Below, one piece after another: positions 13,368 to 27,339 of a stretch of 64,000 nt of DNA. Positions within the stretch are counted from its first letter, which is position 1, and every line of letters starts with the position of its first letter. The stretch comes from Octopus vulgaris (Eukaryota). The position numbers and the translations under genes were made by a program. The stretch lies in assembly GCA_951406725.2 (NCBI GenBank), contig OX597815.1, positions 142,414,001-142,478,000 on the forward strand. Direction: 5' to 3'. The notes below the pieces were generated by a model, which had not been told where the DNA came from, made no database searches, and saw nothing but the letters and a program-made list of their open reading frames with translations.

Positions 13368-14341
13368 AGTTTTTATAAAATTATTTCAAATAGGATTAAT
13401 TTGGAAACTTATGCAAACTAAAACATAGCGTCTCGTGAAGCTGAAATAGAAGGATGTGGTTGTAAAGTATAATCTCAAACTAAATAATTCTTCACTTCAT
13501 ATCAATTCTTTCCTTTTACGTATTCTACAGTGTTAATGGATACTTTTATCGGATTACTGAATTGAGTGCACTTTCCAGTTTTATAAATATCTCCTGCATA
13601 ATCAGTAGTGTTTGTCAAACAAGAAACCACTGTTACCAAAAATCTATGCCGGCAAACATTCACAGTTATTTTAATCTTGCTGAGTATTTTGTTTTGTTTT
13701 GTTGTTTTTATTTGTATTTAAAGAGACGTAAATAACAATGTAAAAGAAATATGCTATCCAACATGTTGTGTGCATATCTAGGTCATCTTCATTCATTTAA
13801 TGTTATTGCAGTGTAGTACTCAGTAAATACATATATTAATGCAAGTAATGAGATCAAATGACAAATCAAAAGAAGGTACATAGTGTTGCTTATACAAACA
13901 TCGTTCAAACTGTGTTCCGCGAAAAAAAAAAATTATAGGTTTTCGTGAGATATGATGTCTTTTAATAAAATATAATAGGTTTGATGAAAACTTATTTATA
14001 AACAACGGTGCTTTCAAAATAATATAACATCGTTACTATGTAATAAATCCTATTCCTATACACGTTTTTCTTCGTTAAATGGTGAGATTCTCTATGAATA
14101 TTACATGAATTCCAGACTGGTTTTCTAAGTCGAATGAGTACTCCATCATAAGAATACGTTTATGGAAAGCTGGCTTACAGCACTCAATGTTTTCCATGTT
14201 CAAAACTGGAATGACATTTATCTAAGCATGCATACAATTCGACCGGCATAGTATATAGCCGGTGTGAGTCTTTAAAACCTATGCACCTCTACACGATTAT
14301 GCGAAAAGTTGTCACCAATTTTTTTAAATCTCATGTCACAG

Positions 14342-14794
14342 TACTCTTTTACCTGTTTCAGTCATTTGACTGCGGTCATGCTGGAGCGCCGTCTTTAGTC
14401 GAGCAAATCGACCCCAGGACTTATTCTTTGTAAGCCTAGTACTTATTCTATCGGTCTCTATTGCCGAACCACTAAGTTATGGGGACGCAAACACACCAGC
14501 TTCGGTTGTCAAGCGATGCTGGGGGGACAAACACAGGCACACAAACACACACACACGCGCACATACTCACACATATACACATACTCCTTTTTACTCTTTT
14601 ACTTGTTTCAGTCATTTGACTGTGGCCATGCTGCAGCACAGCCTTCTTTCAGTTTCCGTCTAGCAAATCCACTCACAAGGCTTTGGTCGACCTGGGCCTA
14701 TAGTAGAAGACACTTGCCGAAGTTGCCGCGCAGTGGAACTGAACCAGGAAACATGTGGTTGGTAAGCAAGCTACTTACCACACAGCCACTCCTG
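14342..14794 (-). mobile_element. SINE family B composite (two tails, one head)
   Basis: Tail and body at 14342-14580, then a second tail at ~14590-14640 joined directly to a head/CORE part at 14641-14794. Confidence 0.85.
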
Positions 14795-16195
14795 CAAACG
14801 ATACATACATTGTATAATGTGATCCTGAAGATAAGAAAATGATCATAATTCATAAATATAGCTCCGATTGCAATAGTACGAACAGCATTATATATTATAT
14901 GATGTAGTGTTAATTTTGTTATTCCTTAGACATTTTATCGTTGCTTTCATCACGTTGTGCAAACGTGATATACACTATCTCTATCTTATGATAGTGCAAA
15001 GTCATTTTTAGACAATAAATACTCCCTTATGGTGTTAGATTCATATCTGAATCAATTATCATTATAATTTAATCATGGTAAATGTCAATGTTCGTACTGG
15101 TTAAACTTTATACAATATCTATTGAAACGTGTGGAGAGAAATAATTCAGCTATGCACAATTAGTCGTGACGAAATAACGTATGACACTAATTAGATTTTA
15201 ATTACATTATGAACAACAACTTCATGATATAATTAAGCATTATTACTTTACGATAACTAGGGCAAAACTGCACATTTTGATAATGTATGATATGAGAGAG
15301 AACAACTTGAAGTAAATGAAAGCGTTTTGTGAAATGACATAAAGTTACAGATTCAATATCAATTTGCTGACATTTTTTAAATTTAATTATGAAAGTAACG
15401 TTCCTTTCTTCTAAAAGGCATGCATTTTAATATTTCCCACTTCTGATGTATAATTAACGTCCATCTGTCGTCTGCACTGACAAACTTAATGACTTTACGT
15501 ATTCGTTTATCTACATTATTGCCCCCAGTTAACAGTACTGTCAATATCTTTAGGTGAATGAAAGATATATACATTATTAATGAACAAATGCTTAAAACTG
15601 TGACAGCTTAACATGATGTCAAAGAGGGAAATCACTAAGGACATCTCTTATACTTAAATTCTATAGTTAGAATAAAGAAAATTGAAATATGAAAACAGGA
15701 AAATGAAAAATTAATGATAATAAATATTGGAAAATATGATGTAAAAGCGCGTATATTATTAAAAAAGGTGAAGCTTTAGTGTGCAATAAATTTACTTGTC
15801 GATCTCGACACAGAATTACAAAATTAAATGACTATCAAATTACACTTGTGATAAGGTGTATAAACTTCTGGTTTAATTACTAATTCTGATCAAAATGAGA
15901 ACAGGAGACAACTACAGATTTTAAACTAAGAAATATCAATTAAAGATATATTGTGGATATAGAGCAAGGAGTGGTATGTTCTTTAGTACCTAACATGATG
16001 ACTTCGGATATCTTTCTCTCTTTCTATACATCTCAGACGAGGGAGATTCTTAAAGCTACTACAATCACTTAAAGGTGAACGAAAGAAATATACCTTTCTA
16101 ACAAATCGATGGAGTAGAATGGCAAAAGTTGGTTAGAAAATTCTTGTAATTTCCCATCTTAAGATATATATGTGTGTGTGTGTGTATCTGTACAT

Positions 16196-16257
<62 letters not shown>

Positions 16258-16331
16258 TATATATATATATAACCACTTCATGTTTGACACATACATTTAT
16301 ATATAAAAATCCAGAATTTCTATGGGTACAA

Positions 16332-16455
<124 letters not shown>

Positions 16456-16653
16456 TCATATATATATATGTGTATGTATTTAGGTATGTATAGTTTATAG
16501 TTTGGAAACAGGCGTTTTCTATATAGAATACGCTTCGTAGTGCTCAAGAGATTTAAACTAAACTTGAACAGGTAGAAGAGTAACTGTAAGCTCCAGTAAG
16601 TAAGGCAATCGAATTGCCTAACTGGTTGGTCCTTCAATTTACTCATATTTGCC

Positions 16654-16982
16654 TGAGCAAAGGCGGTGGAGAGCGAGTCAGGGAGTGAGAGAGAAAGAAA
16701 GAGAATATAGGATAGAGGGAGATAAAATACGACAGAGAAAGTACGCGTTGCTAGGAAAAACATACAGGAAGTAAATAGGCACCTGTTCTATTTGTCTGCA
16801 TATTAGAATTTTTCAATTCCTCCATACAATTTGCATCTTTCCCCTGCATACACTCTTACTTTATTTTTCTTCCCTAGCAACGCTCACTTTCTCTTCCTCG
16901 TTGTCGCCCTCTATCCTATATTCTCTTTCTTTCTCTCCCACTCCCCGACTATCTCTCTCTCTCTCTCTACTGCATTTACTCA
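16654..16982. mobile_element. MITE-like foldback element with ~110-bp imperfect inverted arms
   Basis: GGGAGTGAGAGAGAAAGAAAGAGAATATAGGATAGAGGG...GCGTTGCTAGG (16681-16755) is mirrored by CCTAGCAACGC...CCCTCTATCCTATATTCTCTTTCTTTCTCTCCCACTCCC (16873-16946). Confidence 0.75.
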
Positions 16983-17039
16983 ATTGTGTGATAATCTAGG
17001 TCATTAATACTAAAATGTACACACCATACATACACACGC

Positions 17040-17076
<37 letters not shown>

Positions 17077-17090
17077 CATATATATGTGTA

Positions 17091-17154
<64 letters not shown>

Positions 17155-17190
17155 CACATGTATATGTATATATATATATATATATATATA

Positions 17191-19050
17191 CACTTTTAAC
17201 TCATTTCAGCCCTGAGGCTGCGGTGATGCTGGAGTACCACCACGGTCTTTCTGATTTCCTCCGTCAGGGGTGTGTCACTGTACTACTCTTGTATGTGCCT
17301 TTGTCCCAGCTGTTGAATCTGATGCCCGTGACTGTACTTCATGTCGGGCTGTTGGTTCATCATGTATTGAGGAGAGGAGGACGTCTAGTTCCTTTTAGAA
17401 GACGTCTACTTCCACCGTATACATGTTGCTTTCTTTTTGTGGCACGGCATTAAAGAGTTGTTGGCCTTTGAACCGTAGGCGATTGCAGTAATTGGTCCTG
17501 AATTTCGATGGAGTATATGGTACCTTTGGTACAATACTGTGGCGGCCAGTTCTGGGATTTATATAAAATAACAATGCCGAAATTTAGTACTTGGCCTTCT
17601 AGAGTTTTCCATATGTAGATTATGACATATCTGTCGCGCTTTCGCTCTAGGCAGTAAAGTTGCTGTTTTCTCAGCCTATCAGTGTAGCTCATCCGTCGTA
17701 GTGTTTCAATCATTTTAGTGTAGTGTCGTTGGACTGCTTCAAGTCGCGGCGTTAGTTTCGCACTATGTAGTGACCATAACTGGGAGTAGTAGACCAGGCG
17801 GCTAAGAACAAAGTTTCTCCACAGGGTCAACATAGTTGTCTTGAAGGGTCTCCGTATACATCCTGCCAGTTGTCTGCATTTTGCTGCCATCGTGGTAATG
17901 TAAATATAAAAAGATGCGCTGTGGCATATATTGATCCGTAGGTCTTTCATTGTCTGTGACTCTGGGATGGTAGTACCTTGGGGTCCTTTATATGCCAGCT
18001 GTAGTGCATTCGGGAGTTCATAGTGCAGTGCTTGAGATTTTCTAGTATTAAACTGCATTTTGTTTATTTAGTCCCACTTCTGTCAGATTTTTAGAACGTT
18101 TACCACTCGCAAGGAGATTTGAAATATTATCTGAAGTGGTTATGCTAAAGCCTGCTTACATGACTTAAGGAGAATAGCCGAGAAGCCATCAGGTCCAGTT
18201 GCAGAGCATGAGCTCATTTCATCTATATCCGTTGTTACATATGTCTCCTCAATGCTGAAGTAAACGATGGTTGGTTTTACCTTTCTTAGAGTTGCAATAT
18301 TAAAGAATTCAATCGGGTCTTTTATATGCATGCGTCCAATCGTGGAATTGAAGACAGTTTTAAATTGTTCATTGTGTATCTCACTTATCTTTCCTAGGTC
18401 TGCGGGCAGTGAGTCATTCCCTCTGAACAATAGTCCCATTTTATATTGTATTGTGTCTGTTTCCTTTGCGAATATATAGAACGATTTTGGATTTGATTGC
18501 TTTTTCCACAGCTCTGTCCTCCCTCCCTGCTCTTATGATTTTGTGAGAGATTTTGACGTTGTTTTTGATTTCTAGGTGTGTCGTATTAAGACTGTTCCCT
18601 ACCCTTCAGTTGCCTATTCAGTCGCTTTGAGACCTTTGAACCTCATCCCATAAGAAATTATATATCCCTGGGAATCTTGTTCGTCGGCATGCTGGCCTTT
18701 CTTTCTGGGGTATTATTAGTGCTTATTACTTGCACTGTTGATATAAACTGACTGAGTTTCAAATTAATCTTTTGAATGCATTGAATGTTGAACCAGTCTC
18801 GTTTGTGGATTACTTCTCAGATTGATTTCCATTTTGCCTTATTGAAATTCAGTCTAGATAAGACGTGAGTCCTCCTCATAGGGCAGATTCCAACAGTTCG
18901 TTTAGGACCACACATAGTTCAACAATGTTGCGATCTGAGAGTGCAGTTGGTGTCACCTTCACATTATCGATAGTTTGCACATCATTTGTGTAGCAGAGGT
19001 CCAATATGCTGTTTCCCCTGGTTAGGCTGAATATCACTTACTCTATATGT
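17191..19050 (-). mobile_element. CR1/L2-group LINE, decayed (APE endonuclease end, RT start, C-terminus, 3' tail); RT core deleted
   Basis: TRGNSILDLCYTN...LSDRNIV (APE end, ~18910-19025); SATGPDGFSAILLK (RT region 0, ORF 18140-18439); MQFN...LEAVQRHYTK...YTDRLRKQQLYCLERKRDRYVIIYIWK (ORF 17450-18058); 3' tail at 17191-17245. Confidence 0.85.
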
Positions 19051-19236
19051 ATGTATCAGGGTTGTATATTCCAGGTTTGCGCTAGGCATCCATCGACAAT
19101 GCCAAATTCAATATAAATATTCAAGCTGCTCACTAATTTCCAAATCATAATGGAAAACATTTGTTATACTGATGCTTAAAATTTGGTGGCATTGGGTGTG
19201 GCAGCACAGCCAATGCAAAAGCCACCGCACGCCACT

Positions 19237-19547
<311 letters not shown>

Positions 19548-19580
19548 AGCTGCAAGGATATATATATATATGAATGAGTA

Positions 19581-19643
<63 letters not shown>

Positions 19644-20358
19644 TATATATACATATATATATGATGTATAGGTATAGGAAATCAGTCATGCAATCACAGT
19701 AAGGTTTTCAACGTGATCTTCCTCCCGGTACACACAAGGTGTTCATTGTGACTTCCTTGCCATGTAAAGTTACGAAAACGTCTGATTTGAACCATCATCT
19801 GAAAGATTTTATGCCTCTAAGTTAAATCAAACTGATTCCTTAATAAGTTCTAACACCCTCTTACCTACTATTCTATATTTCTTTGCTGCGTGATTGACAG
19901 CTATAAGATCAATAAAAAACAAAAAGAAATGAAGTTAGACGTAACATATCAGAAAAATAAATCAAACTGGAAATCTAATGAAAAAATATTAAGCGACCAG
20001 AAGGAAACCTCCCTGTGGACTGTTTATATTTGCTTGTAAGTACTGATAGACATGCCAAACGGAGATCTTTAATCAAACGGGCATTGAACAATGATTCATA
20101 ATTTCTAGATCAGACTGATTTTGGTAACAAGATCAGTTTGGGGGAAAATGTAGGAAGGGAAACCACTCCGATTTTGCGTATTAATTTTGCAAAAAATATT
20201 CTGTGAAGCATGTTGTATAGAGTGATAGTGTGATTTTTAAAAGAAATTTGGCAACTTCAATATTATTTGAGTTAACTACACTCACAAGCGTTTTCAGATC
20301 TTCAATTGTTATAACGTAAGTCGTTGCCTAATATTGGGAGCAGAATATCTGGTCTCAC

Positions 20359-20487
<129 letters not shown>

Positions 20488-21642
20488 GTGATGTTATGAT
20501 ATATGTGTAGGTACATGTATGTCCCTTCTCTCTTCCATATTTACAATTATAGCTGCTCACTTAAGTTATATTATTTTTATGCTCAGCACCGTATTTCTTA
20601 TCAAAACATTGCAACATATGATTAATGTATTATTTCAGATGTTAATGTAGTATCCATTATGTTTATTGACAAACAAATCATTTACTGTCATTGAATATTA
20701 AACGTAGTGGGGTTCAGTAATTTTTTTTTTTACGCATTTACTATTTTGTTATGCTCAATATATCAACATTTAGTAATTAAGAAATATCTGAACGAGGTTC
20801 GTTCAAAAGTGTGCGGATGCGTGTGTATGCATTTCGGTGTTTGTTTTGTGCTTCTCTCTGTACGTATATGTATTTTGCATGCGTGTCTGCTCGCCTTTGT
20901 GTTTTGCCATTGTTTGTTTCTTTTTGTTTCGTTATTTGCTTTCAATGTAATCTACCTACTCCCAGTTTGTACCATCCAAATATTTGTAATTACTATTTAC
21001 ACATGGCAACGAAACAGAAACTGTCTTTATCTTCAATGTTAAACCATCAACGTAATCTGATACTCTTTGCATGAATGCGTAAACAAGCCTTTGTCGATCA
21101 TTAAGGTATTTCTTCTCTCTAAGTTATCTAGGACGAAACGTTGACATTTAGGAGCTGGTTAATATCCGTTTCGCTTTATAACACATTTTCTAAATAATTT
21201 TTTGTTAAATTCAGCAAAATAAATTCTTGATATATTCCTAAGTGGATTTTTACATAAATACAATGATCTGCTTTTATATTAGTTTCAAACAAAATACCTT
21301 CATTAAGCATTCGCATTTTAAATCTCACTAACATAAAAACTCATTTCACATTTCGTAAAATGCGTTGGATATAGGATATTTGAAGCAAACTCTATAAAGG
21401 TGATAGGGACGATGATATTTGTTTGCTGGGAGAAAATCCGTATTGAGATTTTTGTAAAGCACGCACGTGGTGAAATCTCCTTAAATCTTCTATGGCCTTA
21501 CAACATTGAAATGTCTGTAATATCTAGTATTTGATATATGAAATATCTTACACTTGTTTTCTGCTTCGTTGGCGGTCAACGGATTACAATTTAATATCAT
21601 ATGTGCGTATGTATGTCAGTGTGTCTGTGTGCGAGTGTGTGT

Positions 21643-21706
<64 letters not shown>

Positions 21707-24662
21707 ATATACATATACATATATATACATAGATACGTGTGTGTGTAACTATATGATTGTCATTATGTCAATGAATGCGTCCATCTATAGGTGTGTAAGT
21801 GCGAAAGTTTATGTGTATCCCCATGGTTATTTGCTCTTCTTTATATTAATGCAACTTCCTAAAGAAACACCATTTTCGAAAACGTTTTGTATATACATTT
21901 TATCATTTATGCGCAGACATAATACATACCCACACATACATAAACGATAATGTGAGTGCACGTTTGTGTGTATGTGTGTGTATATGTACGTATGTGTATA
22001 TATATATGTGTGTGTGTGTGTATATGTGTGTGTGTATGAGTGTGTGTGTGTGTACACAGAGAGAGACACACAGACACATATATATGTGTAGATGTGTGCA
22101 GATATATATCTAGAGAGGAGTGTGTATTGTGTATGTGTTGTATATTCGCGTGTATGTGATTCAATATGTGGATGTGTATCGTTATCTGTATAGATTTCGC
22201 TTTTGTTTTTATAGAAAAATAATCGCGAGACATATGAGCACACACATACATACTTATGTACGTTTATACATGTACATATATATATATATATATATATACA
22301 TATGTATACATATGTGAGTGTGTGTACATACATACATATATTCCATATGTACACTTACATATCATCACAAGTAGTAGTTTTAAGAGATTTATACAAGCTG
22401 CTGTAAACTGTAGTTTCAACATGACTGAGCGTACGTGTGTATGTATCTATATGGTATTGTTTTCTGATATGTAATTTTTCTTTTAAGTTTTGGTGTTTTA
22501 TATATATTATCACATGATAGATGAAAGAAACGGTTTGAAATAGCGTGTATTTTGCTTCTGGCGATGTAAAATAAAGTGGGTTGTACGTGATAGATAACAG
22601 AGAAAGAAAGACACTACTTTGATTCGTTTTTAACATGCAGTTAATACAAAAAGCAGCATGTATCTGCCTAGAGTGTGAAGAGAAAAAAACTGATAATAGC
22701 ATCAGCATCTTTAAACGAAGAGGGAATAAACAATATGATATTTGTTTTGAAATTTGGAATAATGGCGGATATTAATGTAGTAGATGAATGTAAACTGACA
22801 TCAAAACGAACATTTCGAACACGTTAACAACATAAAGAGAATTTATCATACATGTTTGTGTTTTGTATAAGTATTTGATTATGTATTTGTACATATGATA
22901 TATAGCCGTATATATGTAAAGAAATATATGCATGTGTGTATCATGTGTATGTATAAATATATGCGTATCATGTACACACATATGTATTTATAATTCTTTG
23001 GATGATTTATCGCACGCTTTACATTACTTTCTCTTTCTCTGTATATACATACTGATATAATATCGAATTAAATGAGCACATTTATCAGTTGTTTCGCAGG
23101 AGTGATTGACTTTGCAGCCATAGAATGTCGTACTGTTTATCGGCGATAAGAGTAACGGGTTTTAGAACCAGCTTTCGATATAGAAATGTTTAGCGTATGG
23201 AGGAAAAAAGACGGCATGAAAAATAATAACAATTAATTTATTATTGTTCCAAGAAAGTAACCTGTCGTATATTCGAGTCAATTCAACAATATTATTTATA
23301 GTGCTATTTAATTAGCAAAGTATCACTAAATATCTTATGAATTTCCCATTTATGATAATTCCCTCTAAGTAACGTTTTATACAATCTCAGTAAACTATAT
23401 TCAAATCATTTTAAATTTCAAAATATTTTATAAAATAAACATGTATGAATAAAGTTTCGTTTTATTTGGTTATTTCTCTTTCCTTGCACACATTTGCACG
23501 TGCTAGGATAAAAGACCGATGTGTTGGAGTGACGGTGTTTGACAGTTGTTCTTTATTAGGATTAAAATACCATCTCAAATATGTTATTTTGGTCACATTC
23601 TCAATGACACATGCAATTATTCAGTCAACATTCTATATCTATACAGTATTGTCAACACTTTATTTCTATAAACAGGTATATAGTGTTACCAGGGGACACA
23701 TATATATATAGTATATCTTATTCATTCTACAATCATTTATGCTGATGCTGTCGTTATTCGGGTCTGATCCTCTAGATCTACCATCAACGATTCTCCGGCC
23801 GTGACTGCTTTATCGTTCTTAGGGCAATATGATTGTAACTCCTAGGTAACATGATGTAAACAAGCAATTGTGTTGGCTATCTTTATAGCTCATGCATTTC
23901 ATCGGATTATACAACATAGGGGCTTCTCTTAGTAGTTAATATAAAACATTATATAATTAAATAGTTTGTTGTGTTTGTTAGACCTTCGTTTAAGAAACTT
24001 TCCCTAATCTCCAATGTTATGATCTATTGATGTTATGTAATCTGGTTATTTGGTAACCACAATGCATCACGTACTTGGAGTAACTACTTCTAACAGAAGT
24101 ATTAATAGTAATATTCTTGTCCATATCCAAATATATGTCTGTAACGATTGATAAAAATTATATATTTAATGTTGGATGTACAAAATATTTTACGTCCAGG
24201 GAGTTGCCAAAAGATGAAAAGACTCATTCATTAACTTCACAAAAAAACACGAACGATAAGATGGTGTTGTATTAAATAGGTATGCAGATTAACTCCAAAT
24301 TTAGTACAGTGTCTCTGACATGCTCTCCATAAGCTTTCACTGTCCTGAGGAAACGATAGAACATTGCTGATATTTTGTGCATTAAGTTTGAGACCCCGAA
24401 ATAGGGGAATTGTAAAGCGGAATTCTTAATATAACTATTGACAGTTATTTAGGGGGCGAAGTAAAGTCGGTTGTCTCTGGACTCAAAATCAGAAAAGGGA
24501 GAAACGTAATTAAAATCATGCATGTTATATAATTTATTGCCCTAGCGACTAATCAAACCAGCGCCCAAATGCGCCTGTGTATATTGAACTCCTTATAATC
24601 AGAACCTAATATGAATGTTTTCAAAAACAAATATATACTTAGGTAAATATAAACATAGAATA

Positions 24663-24854
24663 ATAATCCTGAAATTTGGGGAGGGCGTATTCAATTACAT
24701 CGATCCCAGTAGTCAGCTGGTATTTAATTTATCAATCTTGAAAGGATGAAAGGCAAAGTTGACCTTGACGGAATTTGAACTCAGAACATAACGGCAGACG
24801 AGGTACCGCTAAGCATTTCTCCCGGCGTGCTAAAGATTCTGCCAGCTCGCTGCT
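24663..24854 (-). mobile_element. SINE family A
   Basis: GAAAGGATGAAAGGCAAAGTTGACC...GGAATTTGAACTCAGAAC...GATTCTGCCAGCTCGC, homologous to 39929-40160. Confidence 0.88.
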
Positions 24855-25631
24855 CAGATAGCTGAGTGTTAAAATCGGTAACCACTTAATATTTTGCCTT
24901 CAGCGGTATCTAATTATAGCCACACTGCAAACAAAACAACAATCTTTCTAAATAAAAGACGCCAAGTATACAGTACAGTAACTTTCTCTTTCGCTTAGAT
25001 GACATCTTAAAAGATAATTACTTCTCATTAAACCCAACAATAAACAAATGTAATTCAAAATATAATTTGTTAAACGTGCCACCTACGTGATACACAAATC
25101 AAAATAGTGACCTTAGGTTAATATATTTTCGTTTTCAATATCAAAACATGTTTACAAAGTCAGCTGGTAAATATAGCCCAAAACAGTATACTTCTGACAA
25201 AATTACAAATATGAACGAAAGTGTAGGCCAAATAAATCAAGAGAAGGCATGAGGGTGAATGAATTGATCTGTACAGACTGACCGTACATGTATTCGGTAG
25301 ATAAGGTCTATTAGCAGACCTAACCATCTTTAAGTGTCTGACGGATACGATGATTAATAACATAATTACCAATGTGTCATAAATGAGCCAGCGGCAACGT
25401 TATTAGATACACTGGTCATAGTAATTATTGCTAATTTAAATTACAATAACGAAAGATGCTAATATATCAGCATATAGTTTCATAGACTTGCAGCTATATG
25501 AAAGACAACATTACCATATGCGAGTACTGTTCGCCTGTGATTGCTTGTCTGTTTATACCTATGTGAGATACTGTGCAATTGTGTCAATAAGAAAGTTAAT
25601 GCTTTCTGAAGTGTTTTATGGACCTTCTACT

Positions 25632-25810
25632 CGCACATGGCTCAGTGGTTAGGATGCTGGATTTATATCGTGAGATTGTGATTTAGATTGCTCGAGCAGA
25701 CGTTGCGTTTTCTTCTTGGGCAAGCATTTTATTTCCCGTTGCTCCAGTTCACTCAACTCGTACAAATAAGTAGTCTTGGAAGGCACAAGTGTCCCGTTTA
25801 GGAGGGAATA
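25632..25810 (+). mobile_element. tRNA-derived SINE, family C (degenerate)
   Basis: CGCACATGGCTCAGTGGTTAG...CTTGGGCAAGCATTTTATTTCCCGTTGCTCCAGTTCACTCA, homologous to the reverse complement of 28390-28525. Confidence 0.8.
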
Positions 25811-25959
25811 TATATTTTCCATTATTCTTTCATATATGTGTGTGTGCGTGCATGTATGTGTGTGTGTGCGTGTAAGAATAATGGAAAATGTTGACAAAGG
25901 CTCAAGATGTTATTTAAATCATTTATATAACCATATCAAGGAAATTAATCGTTGTTCTA

Positions 25960-27050
25960 TCATCATTGAATGTAATACTTAGGCCCATATTACTAAAGAA
26001 TTTGACAAGATTATTTTTAAATTTTGTAATTTTTGATTAGAGATATTTTGGAGGTAAAGGAAGCAGTCGTTGCGATATAAACCACCGAGGATATATGGGA
26101 ATTGGTCAGCCATTTCTGATAGGATATAAATACCGACTAGATAAGCTATTTGAGCTGAGTTCGATAACCCCATAGGAATATCAAATCAGTCAGGTCGATC
26201 TTTACGAACCCAAAATGTGTTATCACATTTGATAACAGATTTTCTATTTGTTAAAAGAACATTAATTCTATCCCAGGCCAGCTTTATTATGCGTGAGCCA
26301 TAGGGCTTTATTAAAGTTGGTGGGATTAACAGTGGAATAATAATTGCAGTTATCAAGCTGGATAATTTAGTGTTTAGTTTATTATCGATAGAGTTGAATC
26401 AGTCCACAACCTGGAACGAGGTAGACCATCAATTACGTTTAAGCTTTTTTCTTTATCAAAGAAATGTACTTATCAAGAATATTTTTGCCGACATCAGAGC
26501 AGGAAGGGCAGATAAGACGGAGAGCTGGGTGATTGAAGACGTTAGGTTGCTTTGGATTTTAAAAGCTCGGTCTTCCTTTTATATGTTATATTTTTTCATA
26601 ATGTTCTTAGCTTCTAGGTTAGCCTTTCTGATAACATTTTTACTAGTAGTCTAGTATTTTTTTTTTGTATTTACTTCCTGAGTAGTTTTAGGTAAAATTC
26701 CGTGTTTAAGTGACACATGTTCCACGTTTTATCGATTGAACAAGAAGGCCTTTATTTCCTTGGTAGTATTATGTAGATAACTTAGATGTTAATTCCTTAG
26801 GGGTGAACGGTGCAATTTAGCATTCTTAGCAAGCGACCAGAGGTCCTCTTCAAAGCTTTTTAAACCTGGGTTAGGAGGATGATCATTTTTATACTTCAAC
26901 AATTTACAAAATTGGGAATTTCGGTCATTGGAAAGTGGCTTGATATCCTGATTATCGAAGAAGGAAGTTTGCCACCTGATTGATGAGTTGTTTAAGGAAA
27001 ACCTTTCTTGGAGGAATCGGTATATCCTAGAGAGAGGCGTTAATACTAAA
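25960..27050 (-). mobile_element. Penelope-like element (Naiad-like) N-terminus and RT, decayed
   Basis: IRWQTSFF...PPNPGLKSFEEDLWSL; RLICPSCSDVGKNILDK; VVDWFNSIDNKLNTKFIQLD; DIPMGLSNSAQIAYLVGIYIL...GGLYRND. These correspond to the MGS.D.A..ADLVG and GLYRDD motifs of this PLE group. The clade name is from memory. Confidence 0.8.
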
Positions 27051-27064
27051 GGTATCCATATGTG

Positions 27065-27125
<61 letters not shown>

Positions 27126-27251
27126 GTGTATATATGTATATATACGCATATATGTATATACATAAATATTCTGTATATGTGTGTGTATCAAATATTATTA
27201 TTAAATTTCAGAATGGAGATATTCAATGGATATGAATTAATTTATTCATTA

Positions 27252-27282
<31 letters not shown>

Positions 27283-27339
27283 ATTTGTACGAGCCCCTTC
27301 CAACAAAACGAGAGAGATATTGTTAATCAGATTCAGAAG

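Noticed and set aside
21115-21146. GGACGAAACGTTG, a hammerhead-like 3' half
   Set aside because: The CUGANGA core and stem I are not recognisable.
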